From Phoronis australis (taxonomy: Eukaryota > Animalia > Phoronida): DNA of 64,000 nt. Below, one piece after another: positions 1 through 13,203 of the stretch (its first letter is position 1; the number at the start of each line of letters is the position of its first letter). The position numbers and the translations under genes were made by a program. The stretch lies in assembly GCA_002633005.1 (NCBI GenBank), contig NMRA01000047.1, positions 188,913 through 252,912 on the forward strand, in the 5' to 3' direction. The notes beneath the pieces are model-generated. The model did no database searches. It was not told where the DNA came from and saw only the letters and a list, made by a program, of their open reading frames with translations.

Positions 1-1760
1 GGCATACATGTAGGTACATTTCACAGAAAGCAGAGGCCTAATTCTAAGAAATAGAATTAACAAAAACGGTAATTACGAGTAATTTACGTAAGCACATCAG
101 CTTTTAGGGCCTAAACTCTCCATTTAGGTCTAATGTAACTTCGTTCCGTAAAATACTGTAACATGACTTTAACACCCAAACACGTATTATAAAAAAACTT
201 TCTAGCATCATAGAATATAGTACATGGATCTGTTGTCTGTTATCTATGCTGGCATGTAGTACCATAGGTTGTCGAAGGTAGTTTTAGGACTGGGGTTGAA
301 AAAATATCAGAAGCCAAGCTACTTCCGGTATCCACCGTAATTGTCTTGTTTGTTGACTTAAATTTTGCGGAGACACCGCCAGTTGTATGGAACCGTATCT
401 AAAGTGCCCCGCTTGACGAACAAAAAAAATGAAAATGAAGCAATGAAATTATGCTTGATTTGATAACTACCTCTCGGTCAATTTTCAGTCGAGCAGGCAG
501 CCGGAAATTCTCAGTGCAAACTCCAGCGGCTAGTCTCGGGTTCGCAAGCTCAAATAATAGAATGTATAGTTCACTTCCCGATTCTTCAATCAGTTGTTCT
601 TCTCTACATGTCACAAAAAATTGTCGGAATTGCTTTCATTTCAATACAAGTTTCTAGTAATTTAATATCTGCAAACCGAATTTCAGAACAAATTTGGCTG
701 TTGCGAAGTTGTCATCAACTCCCGAGAGATGACGTAAATTTTTAGGAAATGGCGCGTGCGCGTGTCACGGGGGTACTGTTTTCAAACTGACGACCGACTT
801 TTCTTTGTTACAAAAAGCGCAAAAATATGCAAAAATGAGGTTTATTGGATTATTTTTCACTTAAACCGCTGCAGCTGGTAAAGTGAGTGTCGCTTGACTC
901 CTAGATTTTGCATGCACCCCTGCCGGTTGTTAGCTCTATATGTTGATCTAAGTTTAACGACGAGGTGACAAGCAAAACTACCTTTGCTGTGTGAAATTTC
1001 GGGATCAAACGGAGATCAACTCACAGTGGTACCTATCTATAGTTTGACGATAGTTTTCATACAGCTAGCTGGATGTCTAGGCCCCGGGATGCGTCAACGT
1101 AACAGGGAAGAAAAGCAAAAAGGTTGTGAGTATGCACAGGTTGATCCGAATGGAATATGTACCCGCACGGCCAATGAACTATATCTCACAAAAACAGCAC
1201 TAGCGGTGGGCTTTACGGAAATAATAAGCTTTTATTTTTCAAAAATAAAAAAGAATACTGAGCACTGTTTAAGAAGATATGAATGTCAGAAATCAACTTT
1301 TATACTTTCAAACATTATACCAAAATGCTGAAACTTGTACTTCAGGTCTCTTTTAAAATGAAATCCCGACGCTGTTACTGTTTTATTAACTATTATTTAG
1401 TGTTTCTATTTTCTTCTGCCTTTGTTTTCTTTTCCTGAAATTCATGCAAATGGAAAGTAGAACTTTGAATGTCCCCCATGGTCTTAAGAATGTTTAATAC
1501 TTATTCCTCTTCTCCTGGTACATTTGCATTACGTGATCAAGTCTTACCCTTGCCGAAACCGTCTATCCGACACCACTTCCGTAATTGAGTATTACATCAC
1601 GAAATGGAAGAAAATCATGCTATTGGTCAGAACAGACAGCGACGTGAGAGATGTAAATGTAAAATATGACTAATTGTCTCGTCGCGTCAAGGACGTGCAG
1701 TCTTATGAAGCAACATCGTTTTTTCGTCTTTATATTTCGTTATGATTACCAACGTCATGT

Positions 1761-1831
1761 CATGGGCGGTGCAGCACTGAAAGAAGTGGGGGCTTAAGTC
1801 CCCCCCAGCCCCCTGTGGCGCGCCGTCCATG
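1761..1831. mobile_element. ~75-bp MITE (TIR CATGGGCGG(C/T)GC), 5-bp TSD CATGT
   Basis: Terminal inverted repeats catgggcggtgc...gcgccgtccatg, flanked by catgt/catgt. Homologous copies lie at 4989-5065 and 46116-46190. Confidence 0.75.
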
Positions 1832-2949
1832 CATGTAGGCCTTAAGCCCTAGCCCATAGGAGGCTTATAAAAACATACAATTTTGTAACAGTTTTAGGAT
1901 GGGGTTGTTTTGATGTTTTTGATATCATAAACCATTGCCATTCATAAAATGTAACAAGTCTAGTGTTTAAACAATGTTCATTTCCATAATTTTGACTTAA
2001 ACTTTGCGGCTAATTCTCCAAATTGGACATGGACTAGAACTCATTTAAAATAACGACATTAGAGTCCATAAGGTATGATAATGCAAACAATATATATAGG
2101 TTGCAAGGTTGCATCAAGTCATTGAAATACGCTCGATTTCTAATTCTTTACACTGTGATACAAATTTATGAAGTCACCTGGTTCTCAGATTTGAAACCAC
2201 CATCGTTGAAGTTGAGAACAGAAATACGTTATCAAAATGACAATGACGTCAGTTTATTGGACAACACATTTACAAATCTTCATGCCCCAGGTTTTTCAGA
2301 AATTGCTGATTTTAAGCACTTCAAGCCCCACAAACAACCGTTGCTAACTGTCGTGAAACGTTTGAGCTGGTTTTACTGGGTAGGAGTACTTACCGCCGTC
2401 CAAGGAGTTTTCATTGTACTTCGTTGAAGTCTTCGAGTTAAGCTTTCTCGAACACTGTGCAAACTAGGCTAATAATGTCGAGAACGATTCTCTGTCTGCA
2501 GCTTGCTTCACTGGGACTTCCGAAACACGTTCTAAACTCACAAGCTTTCAATATTCTTTGAATGATTAATACAATAAGTAACACCAATCAATCACAGGTT
2601 TCAAAAGATTCCAAAATGCACGTCCTCTAGCAAAGGCTGTAAGAACAAAAGAGACTGAACACGCGGGCGCTTCGGAAATTTTAATATCGCCAAAAGGTCC
2701 TGATTGGTCGAAACGATAGACCAATTAGCCATAAGTGGAATTCACGTAACAGCTAGTTAGGCAACCATGTCAATCCTGACCTGAAAGTCAGAGGTCACAT
2801 ACGTGACAATTTCGTGTTAATGACATTACTAATGTAGTAAGTTTCGAAGAGTATGAGACACTTGCGTGTCACAACCGGGCTACGTGCCTAGAGCACTTGC
2901 ACGTCACACTAATGGTTTACGGAGAACGATTGCAAATGCCTTGCAGGAT

Positions 2950-3395
2950 TCTTTCTTCTTCCTCTTCGTTCCCATGATGGACAGAACGCGTTCATGTCTT
3001 GTTCTCTTCAACAAGATGAGTGATACAGACACAGAGACTCTGCCTACTCTCCTAAGTCAACATGCTTCATCTTCGTGGCAGCTCATGCTTTTGTTTGGAC
3101 TGTCTCTTCCATAGACGGCCTTGCTCTCCTTGGCTGATGAGCCCAGATTGCTCAGGTTGAGTTGTTCTTCTTGTATGTGACAAAAAACAAATTTTAGTTG
3201 TTTTACAATGTAAGGGTGTTGGCCTTACGCCCAACCCTAATATGGGAATGCTGGGGGTATAGTTCGTCTGATATGTACCATTCGACCTGTCCGGCATGGG
3301 TAGCCCTACTTGGGATTTTAAACTACCACCAGTGAAGCTGTAGAGGTAACGGAGTTACCCTAGGTGTTCCACAACGCCAAGGCATATACCCCAGG
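2950..3395 (-). mobile_element. RTE-clade LINE-derived non-autonomous/internally deleted element
   Basis: The minus strand reads ...gtagggctacccatgccggacaggtcgaa...gggttgggcgtaaggccaacacccttac..., which resembles RTE 5'UTRs, and ends in ...ggaacgaagaggaagaagaa, which resembles an RTE-type 3' tail. No RT ORF is present. Recognised from family knowledge only. Confidence 0.5.
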
Positions 3396-4642
3396 AACAA
3401 CGTGCGATATTAAACATCATGTGGTAGATCTCACGATCAGTTGAATAGACGCCTGGCAAGACGTCACAACAGACAAAGCAAATCTGAAACAATTTCACCT
3501 CCGTAACGGTTATGTATTTATTTCTTTTCTAGTGCCTGACGTGAATAGTCAACAGTCAAATAAGTGGAAGTGGGTGACACCACACGGGGCTTGCGAAAAC
3601 CTTACCTAGTCGACAACCAATGTATTCATATTTTCAACACCAGTCTGGGAATGGGTGATTTTAATCTTGGGCTCGTTGTTTAGTAAAGAATATCTGACTT
3701 CAAGCGGCAAAACAAATAAACCTCAAATACGATATGTTCTTTTTAATTGAAAAAAATAAAAAGTCGCATCACTTTCAGCAAAAATTTACAAACGAAAATA
3801 CTCAAGCATTTCGAAACAAAGAGACAAGATTGAATAAACATGCGTGGACACACGTGGTAAATAAACAGAAAACAACACGTTGGGAAGACAATTAGCAAAC
3901 CACGAAGCGTTATGTTGAATTGCGAAGCACACAAGAAACCAAAAAGTACACTCAATGTGTTTATTTTTAACCAGCTCAATAGCAGATCACTTTACTTCTG
4001 CCTGTATTTCCATTGGTGCCCTTCCTTACAGAGCTTCCCCATGAATTGCAGCATGCACCCTGTTTCTGTTTCAAAACATATTTAAACCATTTTCCTCTTA
4101 TACACTTGTCAAGAGTGCAGTTTCAATTTCCAAAATTGTTAAAATGAAAATTTTATAGCATTTCATTTTCTTTCCGTCCAAAAGACACAAATTACTGGCT
4201 ATTATGTGCAACAATGAGCCAATGAGTTGGCCGTCTATAGTGAAATGGTGTCCGCCTCAGCCAGGACAATTTCCATTTGAATAATCTGTTGCATTTATAT
4301 ATTGACAAACAGGAAATAATCGGCAACCATCCACCGAGGAAACGGTTAGGTCACCATCGATAACAATCAATGGTAACCACCGGAAAAAAGAACGTGTTAC
4401 AACATGGCTAAACAACTCTGATTCCCAAAATGTTCATCAGTGTTTAATTTCTGGTTTATAGGGGACTGATTTGAGTTTACTCTGAGAAACTGTCCTAAAA
4501 CAATAGAGCCGCCATCTAAGCTCTGTACTCGAGTACTCAAATAAAGTAATCTAACTGGTTAAGCTGCGAGTCTTGACTAACAGTCAAGTCTGAGCTCAGA
4601 CATTAAATCCAAGGGCCATCACCTTCATTAGCTGTATTGACG

Positions 4643-4895
4643 TCAGTCAGCCACTTCAGGTTCTTGCGTTAATGTTTCCTTCAACATTTCCCAGAATGCC
4701 TCTTGTCCCACTGCATCGTTTGCTGGCCACTTCAAATACGTGCGGGTTCGCAGCATATTGACAAGAGTGAGAGGTGCGTCTTGAACAGGTATGTCTTCAA
4801 GGAGGATCAAGACAAGAACGTCTTTTCGCTGTTGGCGTAAAACATTCCGGGCCACGTGCATTTCAAATATACACCACTCACTTTTAAGGAAATGT
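4643..4895 (-). CDS. Toll-like receptor, coding exon 2 (C-terminal part of TIR)
   Basis: Acceptor ttttacttgtAG| at 4896/4895. The phase-2 join reads ...MLVVSR-HFLKSEWCIFEMHVARN...LILLEDIP...RTRTYLKWP...FWEMLKETL*, with the canonical TIR motifs SxWCxxE, YLxWP and FW. Total CDS is 2769 nt (922 aa + stop). Confidence 0.93.
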
Positions 4896-4988
4896 CTACA
4901 AGTAAAAAGCTAAAGCTGAAATTTGCTAAATCACACCGCGATTACGAAACTTTTATGTATTTTTACGATATTCATTGCGAGTGTACAT

Positions 4989-5065
4989 CATGGGCGGCGC
5001 AGCACTGAAAAAAGTGGCGGCTACAGCCACCCCCACCCCCTGCCCCATATGGTGCGCCGCCCATG
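4989..5065. mobile_element. ~75-bp MITE (same family as 1761-1831) in the TLR intron
   Basis: Perfect TIR catgggcggcgca...tgcgccgcccatg; flanks tacat/tacaa (5-bp TSD with one mismatch). Confidence 0.75.
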
Positions 5066-6201
5066 TACAATCGATTGCCATGAAAGTTCGCTATTCCAAA
5101 ACAGTCCCAAAACTGGCTTTTAGAAACACCAGCTACACGACATCAGATTTTTTAAGCAAAACATTCATTTGAAACATCTAGTATTGAATAGGTAACTAAC
5201 ATGTGAAAATACAACTCACAGTTCTTTGTTAGTTCACAAGGGCAGAAAGAATGTACGAAAGTAGACATGTCACATATAAAATTCTGCTAGCACACAATAT
5301 GTCCGATAGGTGAAAAGCTATCTTGTCAAATTTATAGAGAAAAATAAAGATTTAAGAAGAAATTAAGCTATTAATAGCACGGTTGGTACAGTGTAGATGT
5401 TACAAAGCAACATATAGTGAAGTTTTCGGCAAAGTAATATCTGACTTTAAAAAAATCTAAAAATGACAAATTCGACAATTATTTTTTTGTGAAATAAGTG
5501 AAATAGTACCGTGAACAACTCAACATGTTGATCTGATAATTCGCACTTTCTGTAGTTACAAATTTTTCTTATGGGGTGTTTGTCCAAGGCAGTCCGTGAA
5601 TGCTTCCATTCAGCAAAGCCCCAACTCTCCCACAGTACATAAAGCCGTAGACGACTAATTGGAGTGTAGGCAGTGGTAAACGCATCGCATACGCATCGTG
5701 GTAAAAAAATCGGAGTGTGTGTAGACATGAATTAGAAAAAATCATTGCTGCCAAACGACAGACCGGCAATCTGAGCCAGTATGAAACTTTCGATTGCATG
5801 GAGATTAAACCGGCTAGACAGTACCCAATAGAAGAGAAAAATTCGAAATTCGGTTGGCGAAAGGGAGATTGACATTAATGGTCAAAGGAGGGCACGTTGC
5901 AATGAATGGGAGCAAATATAATAAAACGATGTGTTTTGACCAGGAGAGAGCTACAGTAAGGCGACTCCGCAAGAAGACGCGAGAACAGATACGGTTTAAC
6001 ATTTAGGAAGCTCAGGGACGAATTTGCCCTGCAAGCTCCCACTCCGTTGCCACTCGTTTAATTTCCTTCCCTGTTTCACTCCCACCCTGTTTTCCTCCTC
6101 TTTCTTTTCCGACTTATTAGCTTCAAAACCCACTTGCCCTCTTCCGCGTAAGATTTGGACGGCATAATTGCTTCATCAATACTATATAGCAAGTACTTTA
6201 C

Positions 6202-8717
6202 CTGGAAACGACAAGCATGGAATGCCGACTGTTTTCAATGGCATTCAAGACGTTCTCTTCAATATCTCGACCAGGCAGGAAGTTTCTGTAGTGAATACAC
6301 AGTCCAATATCACTTTCATCTTCCAGTCTTGTTACCAAAACGTCGTGCACCCAGTGACGATCTTCGGAGCTGTAGATCACAAAAGCGTCGTACTGGAATC
6401 TTTGCCGCATATGGGGAGAATAACTATGAGACTTCCTGGCAGCAAAGTTAATCCAGAAACTAATAGTCCATCTATGTCGGTACAAAACACTGCCCAGAGT
6501 AATACAAAGGGCTACACATATTGACATGGCAATAGAAATTATCATCCAGGCAAAACTGGTGCATTTCTGAGTCAGAGCGTCCAGACTTATTTTCCGTACA
6601 TAAGTTTTCTTTTCATCACCGCAGCGGTAGTGATCTGAGTTCAAGAGTGTGACAGTTCTTGACTCCGACGACACATTGTTGAACCATCGCAGAAATGGGA
6701 GAAACAAACAAGATGAGCAGTTGAATGGATTCTGAGAGAAATCAACTGAGATATTTTTACCATGCCATAGGTGCAAGACGTTTTCTGAGACAAATCTAAC
6801 GTTGTTTTTTGCAAAACTGATGTTTTTCAGCGACGGCATTCCTGTTATGTTCATATAGGGGTTTTCGATGAAATTATTAGAAAAATCTATGTATTCAACC
6901 GAATCCTGCTTGAAACTCGTAACAGATATTAGCCTGTTACCACGCAGAAGGACTTCCTTAATTGCAGGCAAATCGTTGAAGGTTTCCGGATATAGCTCAT
7001 TCACTATACTATTGTAGGCCAAATCTAGATGCGTCAAGTTGTTAAGGTATCTAAAATGCTTCGTTTTTCTATCCCTCAGCATGATATAGAGTTTATTTCC
7101 GGCAAGTATCAATTTCTTTAACGCTGGAAATGCTTTGTAGCGGTCCGCCGTTATTGCTGTGAAATCGTTATAACCCGCATTGAGAACCTGTAGTGAGTTG
7201 AGGCATGGGTATGGGTAACCGTGAACAGGCCAATTTTTAAAGTTGCTGTGGCTAAAATCTACGCAGTTTACTTTGTTAGGAAAGCAATCCAAGTAAAAAA
7301 TGTAATTACCAGGTCGAAACGTACCCCGTAATATTATACATTCGAGATTTTTTGGAAAGCTAATCTTGCGGTGCCCTTTTTCGCCTCCGGCTACCTTAAA
7401 TGAATCTACGTCATGTACGTCATTAATGAGACCATCGGTAATCTCCTGAAGTGGTTCTTTAATATGAGACGGTCCATAACATGTTACACCTTCCGTAGTA
7501 GCATCGTGAGTGTCGCTTACGCTATTGACCTGCCAATAACTAATATCTAACAGTGTTAAATTTCTCATTCTTCCGAAATTTAAGGCAAGCTTGTGCAGAT
7601 TCGTCTCTTCACCTGAAGACACGAGATCGTTTTTGCCTATGTATAATGTCCTAAGATGACTCCAGTTAACACTTAGGTTATTAGCCTCGATCGACGTTAT
7701 ATGATCTTCGGCAAGAGATAAATTTTGTACTGGAAGATGTTTAAACACAGACGTCATTTCCTTGGTCAATTTCACTGGATTCAAGAAATGATTGACGAAC
7801 TCCAAATCAATATGTGTCACAGGTGACTTCAGAAGGCGCAACAAGTTGATGGAGGCGTTGAGACTAAGTTTTTTGTTACGACCAAGATCGAGACTTTGGA
7901 GTCTTGTAAATCGTGAAAGCACAGTGTTTTCCATTTCACTAATGCGACACGATCGTAAGGATAGCTCGGTTATATTGGATACGTGCTGAAACATGTCTCC
8001 TGGCACAAATAATTGATTTTCGCCTGGCGCAAATAGAACCAGCTTTGATAGGGATTTTGCAGCCTCAAACTCTTCGTCAAATTTAGTTACCCTTGTACTC
8101 TCTTCACTCAACCCACGAGCTATACTTTCGTTGTAAACAAAGTCAATAGAAAGTTTTTTCAAGTTGCCCAAAGCACGTAAAATCTGGCTTGGATACTTCA
8201 TATTCCTCCATTGAAGCACTTGGTTTTCTATAAACAACGTCTCCAGGCTTGTCAGAGGCTTGAACATTTCAATCACCAATGTATCGTAGGACAAAGAATT
8301 GTTATTCAACCGAAGTAATTTTAGAGAATCCAGTCCATCAAAAGCTCTTCGAGAAATAGTTGTGAGATTGTTTAAAGACAAGTCTATTATCTCGATACGG
8401 GGCCAGTCTCGGAATGCATGATCAGCAATAACTGCAATGCGATTTCCACTAAGATCCACTTTGATACATTTCCCGTCCTTACACTTAAACGGGATAGTCT
8501 TTGGTATGGACGAAAGTCCTCTCTTAGAGCAGTTAATGGTTACATTGTTGCTGAGTAGTTCACACCTGTTCCCTGACTTTGGTGCCAATGGCATTTCGAA
8601 CACGTTATCACGATCCCCGTATTGGCTGTCAAGCGTTTGGAACTTCATTGCACCAACCAATAAAAATAAACAACAAGCAACTGTAGCTATTTGGGTTGAC
8701 TTGACAGGGCCTCCCAT
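6202..8717 (-). CDS. Toll-like receptor, coding exon 1 (signal peptide, LRRNT, LRRs, LRRCT, TM, N-terminal part of TIR)
   Basis: ORF 6198..8861. Likely start is ATG 8717 (MGGPVKSTQIATVACCLFLLVGA, signal-peptide-like). LRRNT CELLSNNVTINCSKRGLSSIP; many LxxLxLxxNxL repeats; one juxtamembrane LRRCT NPFNCSSC..FLRW..YRC..C; TM WMIISIAMSICVALCITLGSVLY; TIR box1 YDAFVIYSSED and BB loop LCIHYRNFLPG. Donor AG|GTAAAGT at 6202/6201 (phase 2). Confidence 0.95.
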
Positions 8718-10307
8718 GCTTTCGAGTAGCAGAGTTTCGATATATCCCCTCTGTAGTAGACTGAAGCAATAACAAATAAATGAGTCGTAATCGTTTAGCA
8801 CCTTATATCTGAAAGCTTCATGCCATGCATAAAAGTGTATGGCAGTAATGCCAAAAAGCATAGTTGGTTCTGGTCTGAGGCCTTTTTGAAAGTCGAGACG
8901 GCGATGTGGTTCTTTTCAGTTGCACACTTTCCAAAAAAAAAGAAAATTGAGAAAAAAATAATGCGGTATTCATATGTTTTACTCATCTCAGAGAAAATCA
9001 CAGAACCTTGCTTATCTTTACTCTTGTGCCTTGGTAAAGCATTTCAAAAAAACACGCGATCTTGGCTGAAATTGGTGCGTGCGGGCGTCGTTTTAGTCGG
9101 TGAGCGCCAGTCTCAAAACCAGTACAGACCAGAAACTACCATTCCTTTTTACGGCGAAATAACATTTAGACAATCTATCAAATAAAACGTTCTGGCAACT
9201 GAGGCAAGTTCTCTAGTAGCTCTTTCCATCTATCTTGGCATATGCTTATGTAGATCCTTAGCACAGTGTCTAAAGTGTCGAAACTTGGTTCAGTTCAGAA
9301 CATCGTACTTTGAAAGTGGCTGAGCTGATGATATAGAGCACTCAGATACTATGCTTTACGCACTAATCTCGGGAGCCATGTTAGGCATTGTTTTCCAAAA
9401 TGCTTCATTTTTGCTTGAGGGCTATCAAAAATAAGATTTTTGTGATATGATTTTTCATAAAAAATTCAAAGTTGAATAATATAACGGAAACAAAATAATA
9501 ATTTAGAAAACTAGAATGGCGTTTTTCGATGTTTTATACTAAAGTTATTTTTTACCTAAAAATATCAGACAAAACTTGGTCATGTTATTAATGATGTTGT
9601 TTGGGAATGATTGCAGATTTCTGTTTGTCTGAACCTCACTATAAAGACGTGATCACGTGACCCACTTAATGGGGGATAAGTACAAAACATTTACTTTCAG
9701 AAAATATAAACTTTTACTGAGGTAAAATCTGGAGGTAAAATATGCAGTCTTTGTCCTACATAACATAATGCTGCATTTCGCCATTTAAGTGGCTAAACAA
9801 ATTCGTCCATTCATTCTCATGAAATGGGTTTCTAATATTCCTTACCGTGACTGTCCGTTCCCAGCGTGTCCGCTACGGGTTTCCTCGGGAATATTTTTTA
9901 CACCGGTGTTTCTGATTGGCTGATCGAATTGTCAACAGATAGCTATGTAAACAAACTGCCATGACTGATGGGGAAAGTGTAAATGTGGATATAGTTTGTG
10001 GTCTGTTGTACAGACAAATCGGTGCTTAATTGGGATATATTCAAGAAAAGTGAATCGGAATGTTGTGCCTTTTTGATGTGCATTTTTCTGCTGTCGCTGA
10101 CTTTTGTTTATATTGCTGCCCAGTATTCAGACAGTATGAATAACACGCCGGTTAAATCAACCACGCAGCTATTAACCGTGTATTACTGCAGAAACGTAAT
10201 AGTTCGCAAAGATGTTGACAAGGCTAAAAACTCGTTCACAGTCCACTATATTTTCTTTCTTTGTTATAAAGCTAAGCAATGACTGCCGAGGTTATATCAA
10301 CCAGTGA

Positions 10308-10682
10308 TAAAACTTAGTTTTCAAAAACTTAAGTTTTGATGACTTATGTTTGTTACTAAAAACTTGTTCCAAAACTTAAGTTTTTCAAAAACTTAAGTTT
10401 CTGAAACTTAAGTTTTCTAAAAACTTAACTATTTTGGAACACGTTTTTTGGAACGAACTTAAGTTTTTAAAACTTAAGTTTTTGAAAAACTTAAGTTTTC
10501 AGAACTTGAGTTTTTGGAAAACTTAAGTTTTCAGAACTTAAGTTCTTGAAAAATTTAAGTTTTTGAAAACTTAAGTTATGAAAACTTAAGTTCGTTCCAA
10601 AAAACTTGTTCCAAATACTTCGCCAAAAACTTAAGTTTTCGTGAATGAAAACTTAAGTTTTTCAGACCAAAAACTTAAGTTC
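10308..10682. repeat. Array of the palindrome AAAACTTAAGTTTT with an internal long inverted repeat (foldback-like)
   Basis: Roughly 15-20 copies of aaacttaagttt variants. 10430-10467 (tattttggaacacgttttttggaacgaacttaagtttt) is the near-exact reverse complement of 10581-10618. Confidence 0.85.
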
Positions 10683-12709
10683 ATTTTTGTATGGGGTGCT
10701 ACCGAATGATACCTGCGTGTGGACACGCTGGGAGCCAGCGAGCCTGTTGAGTGTTGAGTTCTTGGTACTGCGAATCAAGGTACCCTTCTGACAAGTGGAA
10801 ATTGTCAAAAATCTAGTTGGTAATGACATTTTTTAACCTGAATTTCTGGAATCTAGAGTGAGAGAGCATTTTTTATTGTGGTCTCCTCTCTTGGACCTGG
10901 CAGTCGTGGATTTGCGATGTACAAAAGGCCAAAATCGCACTCAATTTTCCAGTGGACGTATTAAGGAAGAAAGCCATTGCTTTTTTAAAATCTTCATCTT
11001 TGAAAAAAACCCATGGACAGTACTTTCTACCCTTTATGGCTGTCTTAAGGTGCCTTGAGATAAGGTGCAAACAAGGGCTTCCGTTGACCCAGACGAGTGA
11101 AAATGTCAAAATCAGGCACTCTAACTGTGGCCGTTGCCCCAAGCTGTCACTTCATGTGGCAGCAATTCAAGACTGGTTTGAGCACGGAAATGTTTTGAAA
11201 ACCAAAGCGATTCGATTAAGATTCCAATTAAATTGGAACGTTAACTTAGCTACATGTTCTCCAAAGCCTGGTATTTCATCATTTTATGTGATGGTCACAG
11301 TAAAGGCCTCCGTTTAGAATTCTGCTTTAACGAAAACCAATTAGTTAAAAAAGTCCTTGGCCTCTACCTGGCAAAATGGAAAAGTACGTATTTTACTGAT
11401 CTAATGACTCTAATACTACCCACCTTCCCTCTCATGCAACGGGTTTTGCTAGCGCGGCTGACATGTCTCGTCTACCGGGCTTGCCTTCCATAGTCGTGCG
11501 GGTTCTTTTATCTTCATTATTTCAAGCGAAGCTCGTTATCACGCAAGCTCCCTTGGAGAGATTCTTACGTCTACGAAATTTTAAGCAGTCCTAACCGTAA
11601 ATGACCTTAGTTTGTTATTAGTCTGAAGCTAATTTAAAAGGAAACACTCGACCTGTTATCTTGAACGAAGCACATTTTATTGAAAGATAACATGACCTAG
11701 AAAATAAGGTATTAATTCGAAGTCTGGCGCTCGGGTGACCATAAACTGAAATTTCCTGGAACGTAAAAAACTATAACAACAGATATTTTAAAACACATAT
11801 GCATAGGCAGAGTAGGCCTAACCTAATTTAACATCCTTTAGAGCTTCTGTAAACAAAATAATAAAACAAAAATTACATGTTGTTGTTGTTCTCCCCAATA
11901 AAAAAGCCAGCCTTGGTAAAATGAGCGAGAATTATGTGGATCTATCGCAAAATAAGACCGTTTCTCGGAACATGAGCCCCGCCATTTTGAACACCTTTAT
12001 CATCTACCTACCGTTTGTTATACTTCCTAAGCAATCTCGAATTTAGCTGAAAACGAACGTGTGCTTTTGAACATGCGTACCGTTTTTATGACTAGTTTGG
12101 TGTTCACAAATGTAGATTGAACTACATGGACTTTTTACATGTATAAAATTTCTATGTGGGTACCAATTCTTTTTATCGTTTTTATGGTCGTTCCTTTGGT
12201 ACTTCTTCGATTTAAAGCTATGAGAAGTGTTTGATATTAACTCCCCACATATACTGTATAATAAAAATATGTAAAATCCTGTGAGGATACTCGCTAGGAG
12301 GAAACGCAACTGCTTCCACGTTGTGTGGAAATGCGACCTCGAAGTGAAAACGCTCAATTCAAGTGTCCGGTTCGGAAATTTGGAGAATAGAGGATGTTCT
12401 GCATGGCGAAAACATTTCATAGAGCGCGATTACGGATCACGTAACCGGTCTGCAAATAGGCATTTATAGAAACGCTGGTGCAAGTAAAAACTTAGTGAAA
12501 CACAATTTATGCTTTCGTAAATCAAAACTTCAGCTTTTTTTAAATCATATAATAACACGAGTGCTTTTCACAATAAAAATGGATCGATTTGCGTTTTCCG
12601 TCCGCAGTATCTGGAGAAGTTGTGTATTTTGGCAATTTCTACATTTCTGGAAGCACCACTTTTAATTGATAAGCTTACTGCAAATCAGCCTCGTCCCCAA
12701 ACCTCGAAA

Positions 12710-13203
12710 ATTTCCCGAGGAAAATTAAGTGAGAGCTGCGTGCTGGCTACCGACCACCTAGCAGCACTCAGGGAACCAGCGAGCGTTCAGATTTGCTGTA
12801 ACCTCGCTGGTTCCCTACGTGCCTAGCCAGCACGCAGGTATTACGTATCTGCCCGATTTAACCCGGCGGTGTGTTATTCATTCTGTATGAATACAGGACA
12901 GTATCGCAAACAAATGTCATCGACAGTAGAAAGATGCGCTCAGAAAAGGCGCAATCACAATTTCTAGGATTCACATTTCCTGAACATAAATTTTCAGCAC
13001 CGATTTGTCTGTACAGCAGACCACATTTACACTTCAATCCATCAGTCGTACCAGTTTGTTTGCGTAAAACGCTGCCTGTTGAAAATACGACTAGCCAATC
13101 AGAAACGCAGGTGTAAAAAAATCTCCCGAGGAAACTTAAGTGATACCTGCGTGCTGGCTACTGACCACCTAGCGGCACGCAGGGAACCAGCGAGTGCTGT
13201 AAC
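12710..13203. repeat. Modular GC-rich palindromic repeat (ctgcgtgctggcta...gggaaccagcgag), direct and inverted copies
   Basis: 12710-12785 is repeated at 13123-13195; an inverted copy at 12803-12844 forms a hairpin; a shorter related copy is at 10707-10745. 13071-13135 is an inverted copy of 9879-9943. Confidence 0.65.

Noticed and set aside
8718-8861. First 48 codons of the 887-aa ORF
   Set aside because: Starts at an upstream ATG before a candidate acceptor (~8750-8765). The signal-peptide-like segment follows ATG 8717, so the extension is probably intron/UTR.
6155-9185. Plus-strand ORFs overlapping the TLR (6155-6451, 6168-6524, 7792-7989, 8437-8772, 8820-9185)
   Set aside because: Antisense shadows of the TLR CDS or its flank, with no recognisable domains.
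9880-10045. NF-kB sites upstream of the TLR
   Set aside because: Only partial GGGA-type matches lying within repeat sequence; expected by chance.
10308-10682. CRISPR-like repeat array (also considered for 51872-52077)
   Set aside because: No unique spacers of constant length, no cas genes, and eukaryotic context; these are simple palindromic or minisatellite arrays.
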